Shown piece after piece: positions 48,247 to 57,795 of a DNA stretch of 64,000 nucleotides (positions are counted from its first letter, which is position 1; every line of letters begins with the position of its first letter). The position numbers were made by a program, and so were the translations under genes. The notes beneath the pieces were generated by a model, which was not told the origin of the DNA, ran no database searches, and saw nothing but the letters and a program-made list of their open reading frames with translations. This DNA comes from Minisyncoccota bacterium (lineage in GTDB: Bacteria; Patescibacteriota; Minisyncoccia; JBAYJV01), in NCBI GenBank assembly GCA_041664925.1, contig JBAYJV010000002.1, positions 8,302 to 72,301 on the forward strand, written 5' to 3'.

Positions 48247-49287
48247 CTACTGAACGGTTACTTCGTACCGTCCAGTCACCTCCTCTCCGTTAAGAGAGGC
48301 GGTAACCGTCCATGTTCCGGAGTGGAAGAACTTGACCTTGATGTATTGGCCAAAATCTCCCCACACCTTCACGATCTCGAAGTCATCGCCGAGAACCGGC
48401 GACGAATCGCCGCAGCACCAAGCGAAGTCCCAAGAGATCTTCGTCTTGTTGCAGCCACAGCCACAATCTGGCTCCGATGGGCAAGGGACGATACCTTGAA
48501 TTCCGACGCTCTGTTCATCGAAGACATTTCTGCACTGGTCGCATTCATCGAAACACGGCCAGTCGTTGAAGAGAACTGCGATCTCGAATTCATCGTATGC
48601 CGAGACGCATCCTCTCTCCGGTTCCAGACGGTCCAATACGATCGAATCGCATGGGTCATCGCACGGATCGTCGGGACAAGGCGGCGTTGGGTCGCAGCAC
48701 TCCTCAACCTTTAGGGTTGCGGTCTTATATGCGACCGTTCCCGCATCGTCCCGTACCGTCAGGTAAATGGTCTTCGTTCCGGCCGATCCGAATGTGAAAG
48801 TCGTGGACGAGTCGGAACTCACGTGGCCATCACTTGAGGACCATTCATAGGTAATCGGGCGACTGTGTTCGATAACCGCCGATACCCGCGTCGGGATGTT
48901 CTTGCAGACAGGATTGAGGTCGATGTTGATAGACGTAATCCTGACGAACGGCTTCTCTCCGACGGTGATGGTAATCGAGTCGCTTGCCGTCTCGGTGCCA
49001 CACATCCCGCTGTTGGTCACCGTAACCGTTGCAGTGTAGGTGCCAACGTTTTGGTAGACGTGGATTGGGTTCTCTTCGGAACTTGTTCCACCGTCTCCGA
49101 ATGACCATGCGCGCGTCTTATCTGCACAAGTAGTTACGGCACTGAACGCGACCGTCAAGGGCGCGTAGCCGCTGGTTCGATCAGCCGAGACTTCGACTGT
49201 GGGCGGAACTGTCATACATCCGCCCAGACCGAGCGCCAGTACTACGACCAGCGCGCCAAGCAGTACAAACATCCGTCCTCGCTTCAT
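48247..49287 (-). CDS. PKD-domain lipoprotein with Cys-rich C-terminal region
   Basis: Lipobox-like LGGC, GYAPLTVAF, WSFGDG; GC-rich. Confidence 0.8.
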   Translation of the reverse strand: MKRGRMFVLLGALVVVLALGLGGCMTVPPTVEVSADRTSGYAPLTVAFSAVTTCADKTRAWSFGDGGTSSEENPIHVYQNVGTYTATVTVTNSGMCGTETASDSITITVGEKPFVRITSINIDLNPVCKNIPTRVSAVIEHSRPITYEWSSSDGHVSSDSSTTFTFGSAGTKTIYLTVRDDAGTVAYKTATLKVEECCDPTPPCPDDPCDDPCDSIVLDRLEPERGCVSAYDEFEIAVLFNDWPCFDECDQCRNVFDEQSVGIQGIVPCPSEPDCGCGCNKTKISWDFAWCCGDSSPVLGDDFEIVKVWGDFGQYIKVKFFHSGTWTVTASLNGEEVTGRYEVTVQ

Positions 49288-49561
49288 TCTGAACCTCCTT
49301 AGGTTCGTATTTGTTTTTTTTGTTTGTGTACATAGGGAATCTTAACTTCCCTTTCTACTATCCATTATAGCATATTAGAACACTAAAGTCAAGGATTTTG
49401 GTGAAATATTTATATTTGTGAACTTAATATGTAAAAAGAAACAATAAATAATATAACTTAAAATTCAAAACTCAAAGCGCAAAACAACAATTTAAAACTT
49501 AAAACTATTTAATTTTTATTAACTATGCAAACAAAAACCCCGTATTGTTTGATACGGGGAA

Positions 49562-50479
49562 TTAGTGATCATTAGTGATTACCCAAAGAACTTTTGGTAA
49601 AACGCTAATCTTGATTGTATTCGTTGGCAATTCAATCGGTTCGCCGTCAACTTGAGCGGAAAGGATGTCATCGTCTTCGTCTTCATCTTCTATAATAATC
49701 TTTATTTCTTTTCCTTCAAATGTGTGTAAACGCGGCAATCTGTCAAGTTTTCCCGTTGTCATTTGAATGACATATTTGAGTCTTTCTTGAAGCGATGGCA
49801 GATCCTCAATTACAAGCAGATTCAAGATGCCATCGGAAATACTGCCCTGAAGATTGATTGGAAAATAAGAACCTTCGCGCTTGCCGTTGTGAACGCCGAC
49901 AAAAAAGGTTTCACCTTCAAAAGCAACTCTACCGTCAATCTCAATTCGCACCTGTCTAATATTGGGATTTTGCAATTCATTAATCATTGGCAGGCCATAG
50001 CGAAGTTCTTTGAAAGGCAATCTTCGAAAGATTGGATGTTTGTGAGCCAAATGATCAATATCTGCATCAATGCCGATACTAAAGACATTCAGGAAGATAA
50101 GCTTATCAACTAGCCCGACATCAGCTTGAATTCTTGCGCCAGACATAAGCGCCTCAAGAGCTTTCTTGGGATTTTGGGGCATTCCAAGAGAAGCAATCGC
50201 AAAATCATTGGATGTGCCAAGCGGCAGAACTCCGAGAGCGACATCTGTACCCATAAGTTCTCGGCCAATGAGATTGACAGTGCCATCGCCGCCACAAGCG
50301 ACAATGATTTTTTCACCTTTTAAAATTGCTTCCTGACAAGCTTTTTGCGCTTCTTCTTGATTATTCGTAATCCTGAAATCAAAGGCGATGCCGCTCTTTT
50401 TAAGCAACGGCAAGATTCTTTTCAAAAATATTTGACAACCAATACTTTGAGATGCGTTTCTATTAATTATAAAGAACAT
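49562..50479 (-). CDS. diacylglycerol kinase family (YegS/DagK-like) lipid kinase
   Basis: GGDGTVN, LPLGTSNDFA, QVDGE; ATG 50479 after AAAGGAGG. Confidence 0.9.
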   Translation of the reverse strand: MFFIINRNASQSIGCQIFLKRILPLLKKSGIAFDFRITNNQEEAQKACQEAILKGEKIIVACGGDGTVNLIGRELMGTDVALGVLPLGTSNDFAIASLGMPQNPKKALEALMSGARIQADVGLVDKLIFLNVFSIGIDADIDHLAHKHPIFRRLPFKELRYGLPMINELQNPNIRQVRIEIDGRVAFEGETFFVGVHNGKREGSYFPINLQGSISDGILNLLVIEDLPSLQERLKYVIQMTTGKLDRLPRLHTFEGKEIKIIIEDEDEDDDILSAQVDGEPIELPTNTIKISVLPKVLWVITNDH

Positions 50480-51174
50480 TGAGAACACCTCCTTTAGAGT
50501 TTCTTGACGAACGAAGTGAGTACTAGAAAATCTTAAGTCCCGCCGTAGTTCCGGTAAACCGGAACAGAGGAGGACAACTTCATTAGCTTATTTAGTCTTG
50601 ACGAGGGCGGACTTTATTTACGACCGTAGGACTACCATCATCTCCACTCATATCTTACTCTTTTGGAGTTTGGTTGCAATGGATAAAACAATTACCCGTC
50701 TACGCTGTCTCCTACGCTAAACCTGCCTGCCCTGACTGCCGTCAGGCAGGCGTCAGGCAGGGCTATGGATGACCGAGGAAAGCTTCGGCAGGGTTATTGA
50801 ATCTGTAAATCTTTCATTATGCTCAAGAACAGAGTCAACCCTGACACCAGAGCAAAGCTCGGTGCAGGGTTTGATTTTCGTTTCCCTTCATAAATTCAGG
50901 GACGAAAATCAATTAAAAAAAGGGACAGAATGAGATTCCTAGGTAAATCTCACCTGTCCCTTGCGCTAGCTAGGCTGCGAAGTTGGCATCACTCTTGCGC
51001 GAGAGCAACGCTTTCCTCGTAGGTTTTGACTGCGGCTCTCTGGAATGAAAGCGCAATCGGACTGAAAGAACTGTGCCATCTCCATACGAGGGAGTTGGCG
51101 GTACTCTACTTTTTCCTGTGCTCTATACGATGGAGCGACAGGGCGACAAACTTACTTGGTTAGACTACCAGATT

Positions 51175-52107
51175 TTACTCCGGGAGGTTGTTGGTTCCGC
51201 GGAAATCAATGAGGTAGCCGACGCTGGTGTGCTGTGGCAACGACGGCCAGTAAGCACCGGTACCAGCCCCAGACTGCAGGTTCAGGGGAACCGTATCAAC
51301 ATAGTTCACGTTATTAGCGAACGTTACCTGATGGGTAATTGATCCGACGACATTATCGGCATCAACTTCCTGATTGTGAGTCGTGTCGGTCGTACCCTTT
51401 GCATTGAAATCCATACCAACCGGGTTGTTCGTGCCTGCTCCGATGTAAGAAGAACCAGAACCGGAAGCGGCGACATCACCCATAAGGGTATTGGAGAGGT
51501 ACTGACAGTAAGACGTCGGCTTAACCATCGTCACAATACCAGCGTCATTCGTTGCCAGAGCGACCTGAGCGGTATGCGTGATGGTCGAACCGGACTGGTT
51601 GAAGAGCACATTCGCGACACCGCCGCCACCAGGGATAATGATCGTAGCATCAAGAGCGCTTTCAACATCGAAGGTGTCGTTCTTGGTGCGGATCGAGACA
51701 TCGTAGTTACCAGCCACGCTGGTGTCGACAAGGAATCCGTTGGTGGGGTTCAATCCGTGCACATCATCGTTCGCGTTGTGTCGGAATCGAATCGCCTGCG
51801 CCTGATTATACCCAGCCGCATCCAGGGTCTGATTATCCAGGTTAAACGTCCCGTAGTAGGGGTTAACCGGAGTAGTCTTTACCTGACTCGTCAGAGTTCC
51901 CTGAGAAATACCGTCAACATTGACGGTCGTCGTTACGGGATTGATGGAGCCAGGGAAGTTGGACGGGCCGACATTTGTGGTAGCGTCGATCTGCATGCTT
52001 CCGCTGTCCATGTACCAAGAATTGGTCACGGTTGCATCCGCAAACGTCGCAACACCCACACCCAACGCCATCACGAGAGCCAGAACACAGATCATTACTC
52101 GCTTCAT
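51175..52107 (-). CDS. secreted beta-rich hypothetical protein
   Basis: Signal peptide (ATFA), Thr/Asn/Gly-rich, SD AAGGAG; GC-rich. Confidence 0.75.
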   Translation of the reverse strand: MKRVMICVLALVMALGVGVATFADATVTNSWYMDSGSMQIDATTNVGPSNFPGSINPVTTTVNVDGISQGTLTSQVKTTPVNPYYGTFNLDNQTLDAAGYNQAQAIRFRHNANDDVHGLNPTNGFLVDTSVAGNYDVSIRTKNDTFDVESALDATIIIPGGGGVANVLFNQSGSTITHTAQVALATNDAGIVTMVKPTSYCQYLSNTLMGDVAASGSGSSYIGAGTNNPVGMDFNAKGTTDTTHNQEVDADNVVGSITHQVTFANNVNYVDTVPLNLQSGAGTGAYWPSLPQHTSVGYLIDFRGTNNLPE

Positions 52108-52305
52108 CGCTTACTCCTTTTGTGATCCGACCTTTTGCCGGATCGGCTTTTTGGTTGGTTTGTTCTTTGCTTCTTTGCTGCTCGCATCTCTACTCAGTCG
52201 ATTTTAAATGGGTCTAATCACCTTGTCTCCTTTCTTCTTGTATGAAGAGAACTTTATCGTCTGAGCATTCTAATCTATTTTTCTTTCTCTGTCAAGAGTT
52301 GTAGA

Positions 52306-53268
52306 TTAGATATTGACGTTGGTTAAGAAAGGAATGTAGGCGACCGCGTAAACACCGTTACCGAACATTCCGCCAACATCAATAATGAAGCCGACGAAGT
52401 CATGATCCGGGTCTTGGTCAGTATTTCCAAACCACCAGTAATTCCAGCGTGCCTGAAAAACTTTAACGGCATCGTCCGGAATTGGCGGTAAGGAGAATCT
52501 GATCGTCGTCGTTTCTCCGGGCTTGAGGGTAATTCTGCCAAGACTATTGCTGTCCTGCCAGAACCATGTTCCCTTATTCCAGTCATCTTTGATATCGGGA
52601 TCATTATAGAAACGACCTTCTGGAACCCAATCGGCCCAGTAAGACAGTCCAGCTGTAACGGTTGCAGGCCCCTTGATCACCTGATTGCCGGTATTCTTGA
52701 GGGTTACGACCAGCTCCATATTCTCAATTTTCCACTCCAGAACCTTCATAGATTTTCTTGGAGATGGATTACTGTCGCGCTCATTAAGCGAAAATCTACC
52801 ATTAAGGTAGAGCCAAACGCTTCCTGAGCAAGGATCAACGCCGCCAATATAAATTGCTTCATCAATATTTCCAGTTCCACTGAAAGACGAACTTAGCGAG
52901 ATCGAGGAAGTCAAAGTAGAATTATTCATAATTCCAAGTTCAATATCAAGCTGTCTTTCAAGGGTCACAGAATCGGATCCAAGAGTTAATTGCTGGCGAA
53001 GATCAAGAGAATAGAGACTAGTAGCTAGAATATTGTCAGTTAAGAGATTATTGGGCGGACATCCGCAATCATTCACATTAGTGAAAATACCTGCGGTTCC
53101 GGTTCCAAAGATTCTCAGGTCAATGAAACCTTGATTTTCGATGCCGAAACTTAACCAAGTTTCTTCGGTGAAAAGATCTGTCGTGTGACTAGCAAAAGCA
53201 GCCACAGAAGAAATCAACACAACCCCCAACAACCCAACCAACAACATCTTCGACGCTCTGTTTCGCAT
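52306..53268 (-). CDS. secreted hypothetical protein with C-terminal Ig/CARDB-like domain
   Basis: Signal peptide, VTLKNTG, LKPGETTTIRF. Confidence 0.7.
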   Translation of the reverse strand: MRNRASKMLLVGLLGVVLISSVAAFASHTTDLFTEETWLSFGIENQGFIDLRIFGTGTAGIFTNVNDCGCPPNNLLTDNILATSLYSLDLRQQLTLGSDSVTLERQLDIELGIMNNSTLTSSISLSSSFSGTGNIDEAIYIGGVDPCSGSVWLYLNGRFSLNERDSNPSPRKSMKVLEWKIENMELVVTLKNTGNQVIKGPATVTAGLSYWADWVPEGRFYNDPDIKDDWNKGTWFWQDSNSLGRITLKPGETTTIRFSLPPIPDDAVKVFQARWNYWWFGNTDQDPDHDFVGFIIDVGGMFGNGVYAVAYIPFLTNVNI

Positions 53269-53545
53269 ATCCCTCTCCTTTTTTCTTTTTATGAATGCGT
53301 TTGTAAAAGAACTTTAACATCCTAGCATACAAAAATATAATTGTCAATAGCTGATGATAATTTGATGCGATTAACCCTGAAGTACAATAAATTGACTTCA
53401 GGATTATTGACTGCGTAATCTTCGCTGTTAATGTATTATCCTCCTTCGCCAAGGCTTCGGAAGGATTTTAATTTTGTTTCTCTTTATAAATTCAGAGACG
53501 AAATTAAAAAATAGCCAGTATGCTTTTCATACTGGCTAAACGAGA

Positions 53546-54592
53546 TTACTCAGAAATAGTGTACGTTTTTGTTTCGTAGTTCGTTGCGCCATTGCAGGTG
53601 AGATAAGCCTGAACCGTCAAACTTCCCGTCTGCTCGGGGGTGTAGTATACACAATTGCCGTATTCAATGGTTTCACAACCATCAAGTTCGAAGTGCCATT
53701 CCCAGTCACCGTCGCGGCATCCATTGCAACCACCACACGAATTCTCACAGTCGCATGGCTCAGGATCGCCACAATAATTCTTGGGATCGATGTTGAGTGA
53801 TTTGGCGGCAAGGGCAGCGGCAAGATCCTGACAGCCGTTATGACCGTGGTTGTCAGGTACGCCGCAGAACTCCATCGCGCAGTCAACCTTGTAACAACCG
53901 GAAGCATCAATCGAGATCTCCGGAACACAAGGCCTACAACACTCCTCGATAGTGATTTTCCCTTCAAAGGTATTCGATACGCCTTCGTTATCAGTCAAGG
54001 TGACTCGCACGGTGTAAACGCCAGGGAGGTTATAGTTATAAACAACAGGATTACCCGAAACAGGTTGGCTATCATCGCCAAAGTCCCAGTCGTAGCTTAC
54101 AATGTAATTGCCATCAACCGGATGTGTTGGATCAACCACGAAGAATTCGATCTGATCTTTTGAGGCGCAATAAGGCGGCACTCCATCACAGTCAGAACAT
54201 CCGCCATTGACCTTTCGGTAACTAATCCCCTTAGAGTCCGGTCCAGGATTGGTTGCCTCAATTGACTGGCTGAATGTGTCCACTGATCCATACTTGTCGG
54301 TGATAGTGAGATAGACGACGAAATTGCCGACAGTTGTAAAGGTATGACTGGGTGCTCGCTCATGGCTGGTAATGCCATCGCCAAACTCCCAGTAATACTC
54401 CAGTTCTGCAATCTCGCCATCGTCGGTCACATTCGGCGTGAACTTGACTGTAAGAGGCACTTTGCCTGTCAGGTGATCAACCGTGATTCCGACAATGTTG
54501 GGCTTCTGATTAAAAAGATTGCATCCAGCAATCACCAGAAGCGACAACACTAACACTCCGACTCCGGCTCCTAACCACAATCTCTTTTTCAC
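53546..54592 (-). CDS. PKD-domain lipoprotein with Cys-rich region
   Basis: Lipobox-like IAGC, GKVPLTVKF, WEFGDG, WDFGDD. Confidence 0.85.
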   Translation of the reverse strand: MKKRLWLGAGVGVLVLSLLVIAGCNLFNQKPNIVGITVDHLTGKVPLTVKFTPNVTDDGEIAELEYYWEFGDGITSHERAPSHTFTTVGNFVVYLTITDKYGSVDTFSQSIEATNPGPDSKGISYRKVNGGCSDCDGVPPYCASKDQIEFFVVDPTHPVDGNYIVSYDWDFGDDSQPVSGNPVVYNYNLPGVYTVRVTLTDNEGVSNTFEGKITIEECCRPCVPEISIDASGCYKVDCAMEFCGVPDNHGHNGCQDLAAALAAKSLNIDPKNYCGDPEPCDCENSCGGCNGCRDGDWEWHFELDGCETIEYGNCVYYTPEQTGSLTVQAYLTCNGATNYETKTYTISE

Positions 54593-54604
54593 TTTGTACC
54601 TCCT

Positions 54605-54778
54605 TTAGGTACCTTCTGTTTTTGTTGCTTCTTCTTCTGGAATATACCATTCTATACCAGAAAGATCCATTACGTTAAGAAAAGCACAGATAAATTCTCT
54701 TAAAAGAGAACGAATCTTCAAAATTAAACCAACAAGAACTGTAAAGAAGAGTATCAACAACCACCCCCACCAAGGCAT
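54605..54778 (-). CDS. single-TM microprotein
   Basis: MPWWGWLLIL...; conserved hairpin leader and SD. Confidence 0.6.
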   Translation of the reverse strand: MPWWGWLLILFFTVLVGLILKIRSLLREFICAFLNVMDLSGIEWYIPEEEATKTEGT

Positions 54779-55020
54779 ATTTTTCACCTCTCTTAGAGTT
54801 TTTTCTTGAGTATAACGAAAGTAAAAAACTCTTATATCCTGAGCGAAGTCGAAGGACTTATCCTGAGTTTATCGAAGGATTAATTTTTTCAAGTACTACC
54901 TCCCTTGTATCATAATATAAGTGCTGTGTCAAGAGATTTAGCCTTTAATAACAGATTTTAAGGCAAAATCAATTAAAAATGGCACTACTTCTTTGTAGTG
55001 CCAAAAGAACTGAGGAACTT

Positions 55021-55551
55021 TTATTCAGTGATTGCAAACCCAATCATGGTTGGAGAATATATCTTTCCATAAGAAGCCCTAATAACAATGTAAACAATGT
55101 AACTACCTATGTCCAGACTAGTCACATCCATAGAGAGTTGATATTCTTGGTGAGGCGCGTAGAAAGAGAACGGCAGGTATTCATAACCATAGATAGGGGC
55201 AACAGCTTCATTTTCGCCATTATATCTGAAAATGGCAGCATATGGCTCATTGACGGGGCATTCCCCAGTAGCCAAATCAATTACTTTGAAGTTGATGATG
55301 ATAATTTGTTTGGCGCTAGCTGTGTGTCTTACAGCTGGTAACCCGACCTTTGAACCGAGTCTTGCTCCGCCAGAATAGTCATATTGATTGTTGAATTGGA
55401 CTCCAAAAAAAGGTATGCTAATAAACTGACTGCTGGCTGTTGTCGCTGTTCCTGTCGTAGTCCCTGAAAATTCTTTTGCAAATACACTTGGAACGACGGC
55501 AAAACCGATTGTTAACATTAACACCAAGACCGAAACGACCAATCTTTTCAT
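55021..55551 (-). CDS. secreted hypothetical protein
   Basis: Signal peptide (VFA), SD AAGGAGG, terminator near 54975-55005. Confidence 0.7.
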   Translation of the reverse strand: MKRLVVSVLVLMLTIGFAVVPSVFAKEFSGTTTGTATTASSQFISIPFFGVQFNNQYDYSGGARLGSKVGLPAVRHTASAKQIIIINFKVIDLATGECPVNEPYAAIFRYNGENEAVAPIYGYEYLPFSFYAPHQEYQLSMDVTSLDIGSYIVYIVIRASYGKIYSPTMIGFAITE

Positions 55552-55783
55552 TTCTCCTCCTTCTGGAGACGAACTTGAAACGAAGCCTCAAGCGCTTCAT
55601 TAATCAGAAATTTTGTTCTTTTTGCGGCGATCACCTCCTCTTATATATTTTAAAAGAACTAAACCATAATTTGATTATAACTCGCCACAAAATCTTTTCA
55701 ATGAAGTTACGATCAATTAAAAAAAATCCCCGTACCATACGATACGGGGTTGTTAGAGGTTTTCCTTTCTCTAACCAAACTGC

Positions 55784-55870
55784 TTAGCAACAGCCGCCTC
55801 CGAAGAGAAACACAATCGCTGCGATCGCTGCTAATACTCCAAGAACGAGACTCCAGTTGATGCAGCACAT
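55784..55870 (-). CDS. 28-aa hydrophobic peptide with CC at both ends
   Basis: MCCINWSLVLGVLAAIAAIVFLFGGGCC; SD GAGGAGG directly after the upstream stop. Confidence 0.55.
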   Translation of the reverse strand: MCCINWSLVLGVLAAIAAIVFLFGGGCC

Positions 55871-55892
55871 AGTTCTGCTCACCTCCTCAGAC

Positions 55893-56420
55893 TTAAGGAT
55901 TACAGCAACAGAAACAGCATCGCTGGCAACAATCCTTAGAGAAAAGAGAGAACGACTCAATGGCTACAAACCCGCAACGGGGGTAACCAAGGAAGTTCCA
56001 AGAACCGAGAGTCTCATATTGTCCAGCAATTCCGAAGAGTCGCGTTGTCGACAGAATCAGGGTGACCGTCTGGTACCCCAGATGGAATGTTCCCTGCCCA
56101 TCATTGTATCTTGACGGGACAGGAATAAGGAAGTCGCCGTTTCTTTGGATCTGCCTCCAAGAAATCAGCTGATTTCCATCAAGAATGATATACCAATATG
56201 CCTGTTCGCAGAGACCGAGTCCTCTTACGGTGAGAGTGAAGGTGCCTGTCTCGCAAGGACCTTTCGTGATCGTTGCGTCAAGGCAACTTCTCCAACATCC
56301 CTGATTGGCTTGATCCTGAAGAGTAAAGTCTCCGATCTGGACCGAGCCAGCCCAAGTCACTGCTGTCAGTACGAGTACCAAAGCGAGTGACACCACCAAA
56401 CCTCTTCGCAGTCTTTTCAT
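55893..56420 (-). CDS. secreted protein with Cys-cluster C-terminus
   Basis: Signal peptide; tail KDCCQRCCFCCCNP; SD AAGGAGG. Confidence 0.7.
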   Translation of the reverse strand: MKRLRRGLVVSLALVLVLTAVTWAGSVQIGDFTLQDQANQGCWRSCLDATITKGPCETGTFTLTVRGLGLCEQAYWYIILDGNQLISWRQIQRNGDFLIPVPSRYNDGQGTFHLGYQTVTLILSTTRLFGIAGQYETLGSWNFLGYPRCGFVAIESFSLFSKDCCQRCCFCCCNP

Positions 56421-56594
56421 ATGCATCCCTCCTTAGGATGACCTAACTACCTAAATCCTACCAGATTGTATTGATGATGTCAATATTTTTACCATTTTTC
56501 TTGACAAAAGTAAAAAACAGGAGTATGATGTTGGTAGTTCTATAAAAAGATAGGTCTTGTTTCACTCGGCAAAAAAGCTAACAAAGGAGGAAGC

Positions 56595-57401
56595 ATGAAG
56601 AAAGCGTTAGTAGCTGGACTTGGTTTGTGTATGGTGCTGTTTGCTGTCGCTTGCGTAGGATTTACAGCAGATGGCGCTACTCAAATTGGCGCATCTCTGT
56701 GGTCTGGGCTTGAGGTCGAGAATGCGGGTAATATTGGCGGATATATTGGGGGTCAAGCCAATGTTGTCGTCGCCAATCATTTGGCTTTTGACGCTCAAGT
56801 TGAAGAAACATTCTACAGCACTACTGATCTGTCTGCGATTTTCGGACTAAGAGGCGTTTTTGCCGATTGGTCAATGGGTGTTGGAGGAGGATTTAATGCC
56901 TATGACCTAGAAGGCAATAGTCCATATTGTTTAGGAAAAGCGGATATCTGGGCATCTACTTATGCGCCCGGTTTCTTTGCTAAGCTCTATATTGACGGGA
57001 TTCCGCGTACTGAGTATGGCAAGGTCAGTATTGCTTTAGACTGGCGAAATAAGCCAGTTGGGTTTGCTGGATCATACTTTTTCAGCAATAACCCTGGCGG
57101 AATCTATAATGAAACAAGAGGCGACCTGTCAGCTTCACTCTTCTATCCGTGCAGTATTTGTATAAAGAGCGAATACGACTGTGATTTTCGCCTTTTTGCA
57201 GGAGCGCGCTACGCGAATTTCGATAACCTCAATATTGGCAATCCATATTGGAGTCATACCTACGGGTGGTTGGCAGGATTGCGCTTGATTGCCTTTAATA
57301 TCACGCTTAAAGCTGAATTACAAGGCAATTACAAAACCGATCCTTGGGTGAATAATAACTTTGCGCTCAAGTTTGTCTTGAACAGCAGTATTTCTTTCTA
57401 G
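56595..57401 (+). CDS. secreted beta-barrel-like protein
   Basis: Signal peptide, alternating Gly/aromatic strands, terminal Phe; own promoter, SD and terminator. Confidence 0.6.
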   Translation: MKKALVAGLGLCMVLFAVACVGFTADGATQIGASLWSGLEVENAGNIGGYIGGQANVVVANHLAFDAQVEETFYSTTDLSAIFGLRGVFADWSMGVGGGFNAYDLEGNSPYCLGKADIWASTYAPGFFAKLYIDGIPRTEYGKVSIALDWRNKPVGFAGSYFFSNNPGGIYNETRGDLSASLFYPCSICIKSEYDCDFRLFAGARYANFDNLNIGNPYWSHTYGWLAGLRLIAFNITLKAELQGNYKTDPWVNNNFALKFVLNSSISF

Positions 57402-57573
57402 AAACACAAAGCGGCTCTCAGTGAGCCGCTCTTTTTTAATTGATTTTCGTCCCTGAAATTATGAAGGGAAACGAAAATCAAACCCTGAGGTCAATTTATT
57501 GTACTTCGGGGTTGATTGTGTTCCTGAGTTTGCCGAGCGGGGTTACTTACCTATTTTTACTATTTTCAAAATC

Positions 57574-57795
57574 TTATATTTTAATTTCTAAATATTTTTC
57601 TTTCTTTGTTTCGCCTGATTTAATTGTGATAGCGGATTTGGAAATATGAAAATAATCAGCCAAAAATTCTATGAGTTTTTTGTTGGCTTTTCCTTTTTCA
57701 GGATTTGCGGCAATTTTAACACGCATAAAATTAGCCGTATGCTCAACGATTTCATTTTTTGCTGAATTGGGAGTAACTTTGACTTTAAAAAGCAT
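57574..57795 (-). CDS. DUF167 (YggU) family protein
   Basis: VKVTPNS, PEKGKANKKLIEFLA, SGETKKEK. Confidence 0.9.
   Translation of the reverse strand: MLFKVKVTPNSAKNEIVEHTANFMRVKIAANPEKGKANKKLIEFLADYFHISKSAITIKSGETKKEKYLEIKI

Noticed and set aside
51376-52125. Long antisense ORFs in GC-rich genes (also 8718-9329, 48322-48714)
   Set aside because: Shadow frames of genes that have clear signal peptides and/or SD sites on the other strand.
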